Source: Tubiluchus corallicola (lineage: Eukaryota; Animalia; Priapulida). From it: 64,000 bases of DNA. Below are positions 42,585-54,101 of the stretch, one piece after another. Where the stretch lies: contig JAQGDQ010000554.1 in NCBI GenBank assembly GCA_030141605.1, positions 79,660 to 143,659 on the forward strand, given 5' to 3'. Both the position numbers and the translations under genes were made by a program. The notes beneath the pieces are model-generated. The model was not told where the DNA came from. It was given only the letters and a program-made list of their open reading frames with translations, and searched no databases. Every line of letters starts with the position of its first letter. Position 1 is the first letter of the stretch.

Positions 42585-43440
42585 GGGCAAATTTGCAATT
42601 TGGGCTTAAATGCACGATATCCACTACTATATGTACCATGATATTAAAAGAAACCGCTAAATATTACATACAAAATGGCTCTAGAGTCTATTGTGCTTTA
42701 CTTGACGCTTCTAAAGCATTCATAAATTACTGTAAATTTTTCAAGCTTCTAGTTCAGAAAAATCTTCCTGCTAATATAGTCAAATGGTTATTAAATATGT
42801 ATAAGAACTAGCAAATATGTTTATCGTAGCATAATATACCAAATCTGGATTTTTTTACTTGTACCAACGGGGTAAGACAGGGTGCTGTCTTATTTGGCGT
42901 GTACTTAGATGAAGTATTATGTAAACTGCGGGATTCTAAAATTGGATGTATGGTGGGTAACAGGTGCTGTGACAGTGTCGCATATGCTGAGGATTTAGGT
43001 CTGTTGGCTCCGAATATACGGGCTCTTCAGCCATGTTAAAAATTTCTGAAAAGTATGCTAGAAATTCTGATATCGATTTCGTAAATATAAGTCGTCACAA
43101 AGTAAAGAGCAAATGTATAATTTTCTATTCTCATAAGAATGTTCTCTGCAACTTACATCCCATACTAAAACTCAATAACAAACTGATGTCTTTTTGCGAC
43201 AAAGTGTTGCACTTGGTACCACACTGATATCTAATTTGTCGGTAACGCTAAAATTCTATGTAAACGTGGAGATTTCATTTGTCGTGCAAACAGTGTTATA
43301 TGTGACTTCTCGTTTCTTAATAGCTGTATTAAGACTAAAATATTTCAATTGTACTGTCATAGCTTTCATGGTTCGCAAAATATTTCACCTATTCTTTCAA
43401 ATACTGGAGTTTTAAATGAGTATATTTTAGAAGAGCGATA
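42585..43440 (+). pseudogene. Decayed non-LTR retrotransposon RT fragment
   Basis: QFG, VYCALLDASKAF, TNGVRQGAVL, GVYLDE, AYAEDLGLLAP (YADD-derived), VLHL motifs with stops and frameshifts. Confidence 0.85.
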
Positions 43441-43662
43441 AGCCAGGTTCATTTGTTGTTTCACTGAATCTTTTATTTTTATCGTCTAAATTTCACAAGT
43501 AATTTCATCCTGTGCATGAACCAATGTAGGGATGATGAACCAATGATGTATCCAAGTTTACGCAATTTATGTTTTACAATAACCCAGTATTTGTAAAATT
43601 TATCCAATTTGTCCTGGTTTTAGGCTGATGATACAAAGAGAAACTTTTTTATATAAATATAT

Positions 43663-43982
43663 TGTTACGGGGACGAAATGCCATTTATTTCCGACCCCTC
43701 TACAGTGTGATGGCTCGATCCATTACGAACCATTGCATATTAGCGTTGCATAGCAGCAATAAGTAGCTGATATGGGATGGCCTCGTCGGTTCAGTGGGCT
43801 GAGGGGCAGGTGCGTCTTCCCTCTCAGCATCTGCACCGTAACGACAACTGGCATGGAGCACGATGGGGTAGACATCTGGCGTGTTACTTGATTCAGTAAT
43901 TTTACTCTTATTACTGTTTTTCTACGTTTTCTTTTCAAACATGCGACAACCGGCGTATCAGCACCATCCGCACTTCGTTACA
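43663..43982 (-). mobile_element. Solo LTR (gypsy-type), 320 bp
   Basis: TGTTACG...CGTTACA termini, 4-bp TSD ATAT on both sides, GC-rich island in AT-rich DNA, minus-strand AATAAA near 43685. Confidence 0.7.
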
Positions 43983-45164
43983 ATATTTATTTATCAACAG
44001 CATTAACAGCGAAGCATATGTAGATTGCTTAACTAAAGTTTCTACTGTTACTATAAATGTTGATAATACCCCTCATACACACCGTCCCTACTATGCAAAT
44101 TAAAACAAGTTGATACTGTCTCACAACAGGTAAAAACAATATAAAATATTTGTATAGGACTGAAATAAATAGGAACATATGTCTTGAACAAAAACAATAG
44201 TTACAAATACATAAAAGATTCTTCTGTCACAAATATAAGGTGGAGAAAGAAACAAGTTACTCAGATTTGTTTGTTGAATTTTTATATAAACATCTGGGTT
44301 TCATACAGAACTAATTTATTAACATTATGAGGAATCGTGTCAGACCGACATTGTAGTAATTGTGTTTGAGAAATTGTGTTAGACAATAATTGCGAAAGAA
44401 AAACTTTGTGAAATGTTCCCAGGATTTTAATAAAATTAATAATCACATGCTAAGATTATTCTTTTATTTACAATTAAAAATCCTAAATAATAGGTTGAAT
44501 ACATGTCATAACATTCACAAATACACGCAGTAAACCGATTATAATTATACTCCATATTTTATTTTTATAAATCAATTATGTGTTTAGCGGAATGTTGGAA
44601 GCAATCTAACCGTTACGAATGAAAATGATCTATAGCCTTTTATCTTTAATGTTTCCTTCTTTTGCCTAATGTAATGACTAATCAGTGAGAAAGTTTAGAT
44701 TTGTCAGTTCTCAGAGTTTGCTTGTGCATGGCTTCTTTCTCATTAAGTACTTGATTAGGCAGCACTTTTAGACTACCTGTAATGATACAAATAAATCGAA
44801 AAGCTTTTTTCTCAGTTTTTCGTGTATAGAAACCTAGCAAGCAGTAGTGCGTTGAGCGAACAAGTAGATTAAACAAGACTTGTATAATTATGGTTTTTGT
44901 TACAGTAGACACATAGGCACTCTACAGCTACACATTAAGAATAATTTGACTGAGATTGTTTGGAATAATATGATTAAATTAATACAATTCTCTAGTAAAG
45001 TACTGTAATAAGATTTGATAAATCTCAGAAAGTCTTTGCGATCTTTGTACAGTTTTTGTGAAATAGTTTTATGCATACATCGTAATTGTGATTTAATGTT
45101 TTAATTTTATTTTGATACAGCTACAACGTACATGTAATTATTGTATTTATTGTGGTCTTAACTA

Positions 45165-45320
45165 AATCGAGGATGAAATGCACTTAGTCATGAAATGTCC
45201 ACGTTATCAGGATGATAGACTGACACTTTTTAACAATATTGATAATTTGTTCCTTGCATTTTCTGCCATACCAACAGACAATGATAAATTTGTTTTTATA
45301 ATGAGTAGTCAAGATTACTG
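45165..45320 (+). pseudogene. LINE ORF2 C-terminal zinc-knuckle remnant
   Basis: EDEMHLVMKCPRYQDDR...KFVFIM. Confidence 0.6.
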
Positions 45321-46764
45321 TAGCTTTTCTGGAATCGCACTTTCAGACCCACGACTAAGAATCAGTTACTGTTTAAATAAAATCTGAATACATTTTTATA
45401 AAGAGTTATTAATACTGCTTTATGTAACATTGTTGTGATAATTATTTTTAATACTTGTATGAATGAACTGTTATTTATTTTGCACGCTCGAGCTACAATA
45501 TTCCGTTGTATGGGGATTTTAAAGTTAAAGTAAACGTCTCTTTTACTGTTGATTAAATCAGTTTTATTTGTTTGTTTGTAATGCAATGTATATGTAATGG
45601 CGGTTCAATAAAGAAACTCACATGTGGTTGCAATGCAATTAGGCCTCACAGTTCATTTTCTCAGTTCATAAAATAGAAAATATGGATGTTTCATTAACTT
45701 CTGACAATGGATTAATGGCCCTACAACCTTTACTAAAATACAAAAACCTTTTCAATCTTAACCACGAGGAGAATAAGGTTCACTATAACGCACATTATAT
45801 TGCTCTTACGGTGACATTAATTTGATTATAATTAGTCTGGCGAAGATAAAAGGCAAATTACAAAAATAACGTCATAGATGACGTTATAATCCTTTGATCA
45901 TTTTTAGTTAAAATACAAATGGAATTCAGAACTGCTAGATTAATGCATTTGGATAAATAAAATTAATGCAACATTATCACAATTCCTGCTAGTGACAATG
46001 ACATCAACTACACTACGTAGAATGTAACCGCTGCCATTAAACAGTCTGGTGTATTACAGTGTTCATATTACATTTATTTCTTACGTATGAAACTTATGTG
46101 TTGTGTTTGACTATTACAGACACAATGCAAAAAACTACTTTGTCTTTGTCACTCAACGATTATTTACTTTATGACTTTAAATTTCAAACATAAATGCGAT
46201 AAAATTCGCGAGAGATTGAACTTTGAAAAAATTTCTTCATAAATATCGCACAACAATGGACAAAATGAAAACTAAATTAAGCAGCTGTAATTGCACAAAA
46301 TTTTCTAAACATTGTTTTCTGAATTTTTCAAGAATTCACTCTCCTGTTTGAAGCCAGAAGTCAGTATGAATGTAACAGGCAAAAAATATTCAAATGTGTA
46401 AAAAAGAGGCTTGAGTAGAAGCTTTACGCAACGTGTGCAGACACAATAACTTTGTGTCTCTGTCAAACAAGCTTTCTATGCAAATTTCGTTGGAAATGGT
46501 TGCCATAGTATTAATACTAATAAACCAAATTTAAAACAACAACAATCTAAACTAAAACCATAATAAACTGCGAGACGAATTTAAGAAATGTTACAACCGC
46601 CAAAGTTTGTTTTCAATTGGTACTTACAACTCAACATGTTTGCAGGCCCTACACCATGATGGTTATTTCCAAAAAATCGGTAATCAATTGGCATTGTATT
46701 TTGGATTTCCATTTTCCAGACTTTTTTCCATTTTAGGGCCGTTTCTTTGTTAATATTTTATCGG

Positions 46765-47856
46765 TCAGGCCAATTGTCGTACAAAAACTGTTTGTATAGA
46801 AACAGTATATTCATCTTGATCCCTGTTTTGTAAACTTTGGTGCAAAGAACACTTGCCCCATCTCAGCAGTTTTTTCAACGATTCCCGAAAATCCCCGTTC
46901 TTCCAAATGTAGAAAAATGGATTGAGAATGGAGTTTAAGCCCAACCCAAGATGTCGAGCTTCTGAAAGTCTGTTTAATAGGACCAGATCGGTTTCTTCGT
47001 GGTTGTAAAACTTGTATATAAACAGCGGCAACAAGCAAAGACAGGTTGAGGTGACTACTAACAGAGATATTCTAGTTGTCTTCATTTGACGCACCATGGT
47101 ACCATTCTTTACCACAGACAGTCGTTGTCCGGAAGGTATGGAATTCACTGCTACGGTTTTCATCCTTTTTCTGTAGCTTATAATTATGCTTATGTAGGCG
47201 AACGTGATCCACAGCATTAGCAGAAGGGCCTGCAGTAGCAGCAGGTAGTGATGCCAAGGAGACGTGAACTTTCTCATGTTGCAAGATGTCCAAGGTTTTG
47301 TCTCATGTCTGAGTGTCAAACTCGCCGATGTGATTCCGAAAGTCAAATAGAGCGATCCGTATAACCACAAAACAATTACAAATTTCTTGGCATTTCTTAC
47401 GGACATGATGTTTTTATAGCGAAGTGGTCGAGTTATAGCCACATATCTGTCCGCTGTTATGAATGCCAGTGTAGCTATTGTCACTATCAGCAGACTTTGA
47501 AAGATTCCCACCATAATCGCACATGGAGTTTTCCTGTAAATTGGACCGGTTACGTCATGTTGTCGTAAGACAGTGCCGATGAAAGAACATGTCCCAAAAA
47601 CGAAATCGACCGAAGCCAAACTAGCAAGAAAATGGTTTGTAGCAGTTTTGAGCTTTTTGAATTTTCCAATAGTCACAAGAACGAGTCCATTAGAAATTAT
47701 AGCGATAAATGATATCATGCATAACAGAACGTTGTTATAAGCTTGTGTGATAAACTGACGTTTCGTTGAATTGCTTGAAAATTCAGAATTGTAGCCGGTC
47801 TCATTTGCTGCACCAAATGGCAACACAGGCGATAAAACAATACTGTGGTTGCTCAT
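46765..47856 (-). CDS. Orphan class A (rhodopsin-like) GPCR, intronless, 363 aa
   Basis: Seven hydrophobic segments; N-glycosylation sequons in the N-terminus; SNGLV (TM1), LASVD (TM2), C3.25 and DRY (TM3), CLLP (TM6), NPFFY (TM7), FR in helix 8. Confidence 0.93.
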   Translation of the reverse strand: MSNHSIVLSPVLPFGAANETGYNSEFSSNSTKRQFITQAYNNVLLCMISFIAIISNGLVLVTIGKFKKLKTATNHFLASLASVDFVFGTCSFIGTVLRQHDVTGPIYRKTPCAIMVGIFQSLLIVTIATLAFITADRYVAITRPLRYKNIMSVRNAKKFVIVLWLYGSLYLTFGITSASLTLRHETKPWTSCNMRKFTSPWHHYLLLLQALLLMLWITFAYISIIISYRKRMKTVAVNSIPSGQRLSVVKNGTMVRQMKTTRISLLVVTSTCLCLLPLFIYKFYNHEETDLVLLNRLSEARHLGLGLNSILNPFFYIWKNGDFRESLKKLLRWGKCSLHQSLQNRDQDEYTVSIQTVFVRQLA

Positions 47857-49756
47857 ATCTGATGTTTCAACGTTTTGCCCAAGTACGCCTCAAACTATAG
47901 GGCCATCTAAACTTTAAAATAGTAGCAACAACCGAATTTTCATTTTTTTCGTTTGGTGCATATATACAGGACGTCCCTTCAGGTGAATGTGGCGACCAAA
48001 CAACGCTGAAGTTCGAAAGACAATTTGATTCTAGAACAAATTTTCTCATTTAGAGCGCAGTCGGTAATGCGCATGGGAGGAAATCAAGGCACGACAGACA
48101 AGTCCTGCACATGTGTAACATGCAATGTATTTCAGTAATTTCCTTGTATCTTCAGCTGCCTTTGACGGTGCCTACGGTGACGAAATGTCTGGGTTAGAAT
48201 ATTAATTTACTAACTGACCGAATTGAGCGCTAAATGCTTGACAAAGTGTATGGAAATCCTAATGAAGCGCCTTCCACTGAAGTGTCCAGTTTACTAAGCG
48301 GTTACACAAAGAAGACACAATGTTCAAGTATTCTAAGTATATACATATTTATAGAGTTGCAGTGCAAGTGCCTGTGCTGTAAATCAATTTTTATCAAGAC
48401 TGAATTTAAAAGACCGTATTTGGTAAATGCATATCAGGTGTCCAACCAGGTACGCCAAATGTATAGTTGCAAAATGTTATACCTATAGTCTTAACCTATG
48501 TTGCTGTAGAAATACACTGCAAAAAACCTCATTCATTTGATTTGCTTAACAATTTGGTTTGAAAAAGAGCCACCCTATTTTTTGGTAACTACAGACCCGT
48601 AAGACGTCATAAGCAATGAATAACAGAATCTTGCATATTGTGCACAATTGCCTTTGGACAATAACAAGAAAGATGCAAGTCAAGCAGTTCCGCGAAACAA
48701 TTTTCTTCTCGCATTTAATAATAACGTGTCTGAAACTTTACAGGTGTTGAGTGAGTTCAACCCCTTTCAATACAAGAAACCTCATCAAAATAACTTGCAG
48801 AAACCTGTTCTGAGACTTCAAAACGCTAGATGAGAAAATTGTGTAGCTGTAATGAGAAGTAGAAGTATAAACGGCTCAAATGTCAATTTCTCAACGAACA
48901 CATAAGGCTCAAATATCAAAACAACTAAGGCTCAAAGCAAACGTTAAACGTTAAACAACTTAAGCTATAGTGATCAGTCGCTCTTTGATGTTTGGGGAAT
49001 ATTGTTTAGGGATATATACTACATATATACTACAATAGCTTCTCGACTTAATTCAATTTGTCAATTCAGTTCAATTCATACTTTTTTTCAGACTTAAACG
49101 GTCTCAATGCGAAAACAAAATCGGGATTGTTTTTAATTTTTCTCTGCGCCTATTTACTAAGTAAAGAATGTTTTTGTTAGTTTTTCTATCATTACAAAAC
49201 ATCGTCCATCAGAATTTCGTCGATCAAAAGTTACATGAAAAGGTACACGTAGTTTGGTAACATTTACAGGTCTTGAATGGATTAGAAATCATATATGCGT
49301 AATTCAATCTTAGCTTTCATTAGCGAGTTTCCATGGCGTTTTTTTTACAAAACCACCAGATAGAAGCTGAAGCAGTTTAAGGAAATTTTACAGCGTTTTT
49401 GTTTTTAGTCACATCCAGACGTTGGAGCTAAAAATGCTCCGTTCACCTTGCGTGGTGCCGGTCCCACTTCATGCTCCTTTTTCAAAAACCTCACGGCTGA
49501 TTATTGCTGAACAGCTTTGCATTCGCCGGGTACCTGTAAATCAGAAGAACTTTTTCTCGCATTTAGACTGTAATCATTTGATTATTACAAGATACTATAT
49601 TATTTTTTGTTCTACAGTACATGCATTTATAAACTGTATAATTGATCCATTTTCAGAATAGTTTCATAGTGTAATATTGCGATTACCCCGAATAACTATA
49701 CGCATGGAATACAGATGGCAGCACAGTACACAACATTAATTTCATAAATTTCACTG

Positions 49757-50736
49757 CCGGTGTAGCAGGCTGAATTAACCCTGCCCAGAATAAAACCGGG
49801 TATAGTTTGGCTTAGGCCAGAGTATATCCCGCGAGATAAACTGTCCTAGGTCAAACTACACCCGCAGTCTAAAATAGCCTAGGGCAGACCATACCCCTCC
49901 AGGCCAAAATGCACCCCATGACTTTTATCACATTACGCACACTTTTTTGAACGTCAAGTTAATTGGACATTATATCACAATTGCATTATGCTGTTTTAAG
50001 TATATGCTTTTATTTGAAAGTGTAAGCATCACAAAGAAGTGTGGTAGTGATCTTTGATCTTTGTGGAGTCTAATATTTTTACTGTTTGTGGTTTTCCTAG
50101 TTGAAGTTATAAAAGTTTATGTGTTCAGAATTGTGGTCTTACTTCAAGATTTAAACCAGTTAGCTTTCTCACTTAAGTTACCTGACTGCTAAGCTGAAAC
50201 CCCCAACAAAATGTTTAAAAATCAAGTAATTCTTGTGTATATCGGTCAACGCTGTTGATAGGCTGGGGATATGAATTAATCAGCTTAGGCCATGATATAC
50301 CTGGGGTATTATGTAGCCTAGGCTCAGGGGCGTATCGTTTACGACGCCCTAGGCTGATAGACCTGTCCTGCCCAAATGTTTTGTGAATTTATGATTAATT
50401 ATGTACTGAACAGATTAAACAATTATTTGTGGTGTATTAATAATACTATTAATATAGTTTGTACTTGTTCGTTATGTGCACTTATGTAGCAATAGGTCAT
50501 AGTAACTGCCTGTGGTGTGTTATACAATGCTTGCTTTACATGAATATGAACAGATACACATTTTCCGAGGAGAATAAGAACTTTTTTTTAAATTGGGAGT
50601 TTAAAATGTAGGGTCGCTCAAATTTGGCGCTCTAGGCTATAGCCTAGTTAGCCTATTGGTTAATACGCCCCCGCCTAGGCCGCTTTAATGGCAGGGGTAT
50701 AGTCTGAACTGGGGGTATACTATGGCCAGTTACAGG
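49757..50736. mobile_element. Non-autonomous DNA element with subterminal GGGGTATA/CCTAGG repeats (host of the nested MITE)
   Basis: Degenerate termini CCGGTGTAGCAGGC / GGCCAGTTACAGGG; repeated GGGTATAGT.TGGC.TAGG-type motifs in inverted arrangement at the two ends. Confidence 0.55.
50325..50673. mobile_element. hAT-like MITE nested in another non-autonomous element
   Basis: TIRs CAGGGGCGTAT / ATACGCCCCCG; 8-bp TSD CCTAGGCT / CCTAGGCC. Confidence 0.75.
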
Positions 50737-51468
50737 GAAGTGAGATCAAAAATTTCAATAATAAATATTCTTCCATAAGTGAGCATATGGATATAAATCA
50801 CAAGAGAAAATTAGGAGTAAATGACTGAATAATAAGCAAAAATTAAGGATAGATAAATCTTTAAATAAATTCCTGATTAAAAGTTGAATTAACGGCTTTA
50901 TTGCTTCAAGTTTGATTAAAGATTTATACACTCCTTTAATTTAGGGATTTTTATTTACTGTGTGGCCTACTACCAGAAATGTATATTATGTTATTTAAAT
51001 TGCTTTAATTTTTATTTAATCTTTTGGTTAAAGATACGTTTTATCGCATCCATTGTCGTCAAAAATTATTATATATAATAATTCCGAATTTTAAAATATG
51101 ATAGATTATGCCGGTCTAACTTATTGTGTGAAGACTTATGTCTTAAATTAGTTGGCTGATCAGTTACCCTATCTCTTCTTTCTTGCATTTTTCGCGCAAC
51201 AGTAGAAAAATCTCGTTATTGAGATTTGTTGTTGAGATGGAAATTGTCGTCTCCTTCACTACCATCACACTGTTGTTGAAACTATCATTGTTTTAGTTGT
51301 TGTCAGGACTGTTATCATTACTTTTGTGCTTGTCATTTTCCCTATCATTGTCTTTGTGTTGAACATTCTTCTCCTTATATTGTTCCCTCATTGTGACCAG
51401 CTTCATTTTTACAAATAAAATATATCGTGTCACTCTTGTTATCTTTGCCGTTAATATACCATCGACGT

Positions 51469-51512
<44 letters not shown>

Positions 51513-51535
51513 CATCATCATCATCATCATCATCG

Positions 51536-51589
<54 letters not shown>

Positions 51590-51656
51590 ACATCATCATC
51601 ATCATCATCACCATCATCCTCATCATCACCATCATCACCATCACCATCACCATCAC

Positions 51657-51694
<38 letters not shown>

Positions 51695-51729
51695 CCGCCA
51701 TCATCGTCATGGTCATCATCATCGTCATC
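51469..51729. repeat. Compound (GAT)14-(CAT/CAC)n microsatellite forming an inverted repeat
   Basis: Direct reading; centre GATC at 51510-51513. Confidence 0.97.
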
Positions 51730-51951
51730 ACAGTTACTATAAACATTAAACAACCTATTGGGCGAGATCCTTATAAAAGTCTCTACATTGAGGACCACTC
51801 TCATCCAGGCAAACAAGAAGTTGTGTCTGCCTTGCAGTTATTGCCTTTCATTTCGATATCTGTTAGTAAGAGTAAAGAGAAGATGATAATTGTATGATTA
51901 GTATTAGCAGTTCAGAAATGAAACGACTCTATGAAGGGGATATGAGAGATA

Positions 51952-52342
51952 TGTAGAAATGAAGCCATGATTTTAGGTGCGGCTGTCATGTGACTGAGTT
52001 CCATATATGGACATTGCCCGTCTGAATTGTCAGACTAGCAACAATTATAACGCATGCGCTGTGAGTCCAAAAAGCTGAAGGAAGCCAAGTGGAATGGGAG
52101 ATCAGATCACGGGGGAATCTCGAGGAAGCAGGAACAGATCTTGGGCGGTTTGGCAGAGCTATGATATGTATTTTACCATGTAATATATTACTGTGAAATA
52201 AATGTGTTAGTCGCTCATCAATCCAGATCTTATAGCTTTGTCACCACCTCACGTCAATAAACGGCTGCGGCCTCCTCAATAATCCACCAACAAGTACTAC
52301 CACTATACGACACAGCTCATAAACATAGCATATAAATTTTAC
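51952..52342 (+). repeat. Putative 5' LTR (~390 bp)
   Basis: Begins TGTAGAAAT, ends AATTTTAC immediately before a TGG PBS-like motif; AATAAA at 52197 and ~52257; no second copy in the window. Confidence 0.55.
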
Positions 52343-52360
52343 TGGTACTTGTGACCAGTT
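52343..52360 (+). other. Primer-binding-site-like sequence TGGTACTTGTGACCAG
   Basis: Starts with TGG right after the putative LTR and 430 nt before gag; loosely resembles a tRNA-His-type PBS (TGGTGCCGTGAC...). Confidence 0.55.
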
Positions 52361-52605
52361 CCGATTTTTCTACACGGAGAGAGATTCTAGTAACCTGGCT
52401 TCATTGCGTTCCACAACCGCGCTAATCCAAGCAAACATGAATAAAGCTGTTTATTGACGTAATTGATCTGCCACACATCTTGACGTCTACAACTTTGTCG
52501 TGAGTACATGCACGTTCTTTCTCCACCCTAATATTTTACTTATGTACCTTTCCTGGTTGTGTCAGTGAGTGTAAGAGATAACGGTTGCTTGTATTTTAAA
52601 GTCAA

Positions 52606-52694
52606 GGAGGGTTGTAGATAAACTCTAACTTGTATATCAAACATTTTGGAGGGTTGTAACTCTAACTTGAATATCAAGATATTGGAGGGTTGTA
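52606..52694 (+). repeat. Imperfect ~36-42 bp tandem repeat in the element 5' leader
   Basis: GGAGGGTTGTA at 52606, 52648, 52684; ACTCTAACTTG.ATATCAA twice. Confidence 0.85.
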
Positions 52695-52772
52695 AAGATT
52701 AATTCTATAATGCACTGTAAATTGCGCAGCGCAAATAGATTTCTTAAATTTAATCTCTATTAAACTTTCTGA

Positions 52773-54101
52773 ATGGCGACTAAATCTCCAGCACCTGAAG
52801 CTCAGCATGTGTCTATTGATACCTATAATGCTTTAGCAAATCAATTTCATGAGTTGAGTCAAAGATGCGAGAATAGTGATAAAATCTTACAAACCCAAGC
52901 TGCTCAGATTTTAAAACAAGGAGAAAGAATAGGTGATTTGAAACGGGCTAGTGATCAGACCCAATTTTTATGTGAATTGGGCACTCATCTAAAAGACACT
53001 AAAGTACAACAAACATTAATCCACCAAATTCAACACTTACCGAAATTTTCAGGAGAACCCGGCACTCTCAAATATAGAGATTGGATTGATAATATAGAGC
53101 AGTCTCTAAACTTAACTCCTACATTATTGACATCAAGGGACACCGCCTACAAGCATTTAATTTTGGGCACTATTACAGGGGCAGCCGCAAACTTTGTGAG
53201 TAAATACCCAAATCTCGAGACGAGAACAGCACAGGAATTACGAAACGCCCTAAGAGACCTATACGCGGACCGACTAGAAATTAATAAGGCTTTCATTGGA
53301 TTAACTCGAGCTAGGCAACAGAAGGGGGAGACCATACAGGCTTTTGGCGACAGGATACTCAAATTAGCAAGAATAGCAAAAACGTCAGAAGATGAAATAG
53401 TAGACCCAGCCTTTCAATCATTTTTGGTACAATTATTTACACTGGGTATACGAGGGGACCAGGCACGTCAATACTTACTTAGAGAGCCTCCCCGAACTCT
53501 AACTTTGGCAATCACAGAAGCCGCTAACAGGGGAGCCCCCGTGGAGATGTGCCAATATCTTAGATCGTGTTTTCCAGATAATTCAGAACCTATGGAAGTT
53601 GATCTAATTTCACAAGAACTTCATGAAGACCCCTCAGACATGACTCCCCATACATTGCAGCTGTTTGCAGATTCATTACTTAAACAGGGACAAGTTTTAA
53701 GCAACGTACAAGAATCGGTATGTTCTCTTAATAAAACTGTCGCTACTTTGGCTAAACTAACACAAAATCAACAAGCAAGATTCGGTAAAGGACGTCAATT
53801 TGTACCAACGGGTTTTAATAATAATAATAACCGACAATTTCGGACAACCAATCGACCTAACGCTCCATTTCAACGTAATTTTAATAACTTTAATAATAGA
53901 CAGTTCTACAACGAACGACCGAACACAGGTTTCAGGTTTCAACCGCGCGCTACGAATAGAAATAACAACTTCAATCAACGCGCGTCATGGATGCCTAGAG
54001 AAAACGCCCCGAATTTCAGATTTCAGAATAATAGACCATTTATTCCTAGGTTAAATAGGGAAAAACAATCCGGCAATTTTAATAGGAGAACGGCAAACTA
54101 A
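52773..54101 (+). CDS. gag: Gag (capsid) polyprotein, 442 aa
   Basis: Coiled-coil N-terminus; LPKFSGE...RDWI; major-homology-like RQQKGETIQAFGDRILKLA; PMEVD; Asn/Arg/Phe-rich C-terminus without a CCHC knuckle. Confidence 0.9.
   Translation: MATKSPAPEAQHVSIDTYNALANQFHELSQRCENSDKILQTQAAQILKQGERIGDLKRASDQTQFLCELGTHLKDTKVQQTLIHQIQHLPKFSGEPGTLKYRDWIDNIEQSLNLTPTLLTSRDTAYKHLILGTITGAAANFVSKYPNLETRTAQELRNALRDLYADRLEINKAFIGLTRARQQKGETIQAFGDRILKLARIAKTSEDEIVDPAFQSFLVQLFTLGIRGDQARQYLLREPPRTLTLAITEAANRGAPVEMCQYLRSCFPDNSEPMEVDLISQELHEDPSDMTPHTLQLFADSLLKQGQVLSNVQESVCSLNKTVATLAKLTQNQQARFGKGRQFVPTGFNNNNNRQFRTTNRPNAPFQRNFNNFNNRQFYNERPNTGFRFQPRATNRNNNFNQRASWMPRENAPNFRFQNNRPFIPRLNREKQSGNFNRRTAN

Noticed and set aside
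51170-51400. Minus-strand Asn/Asp/Lys-rich exon-like stretch
   Set aside because: Contains an in-frame stop and has no recognisable domain or partner exons
51375-51897. Poly-His/Asp/Met/Ile ORFs (apparent metal-binding protein)
   Set aside because: Open in four frames only because of the (GAT)n(CAT)n repeat; no coding flanks or convincing splice context
52437-52499. Leader exon supplying the env start codon by classical gypsy-type splicing
   Set aside because: The ATG frame has two TGA stops before the donor and the other usable frame has no ATG
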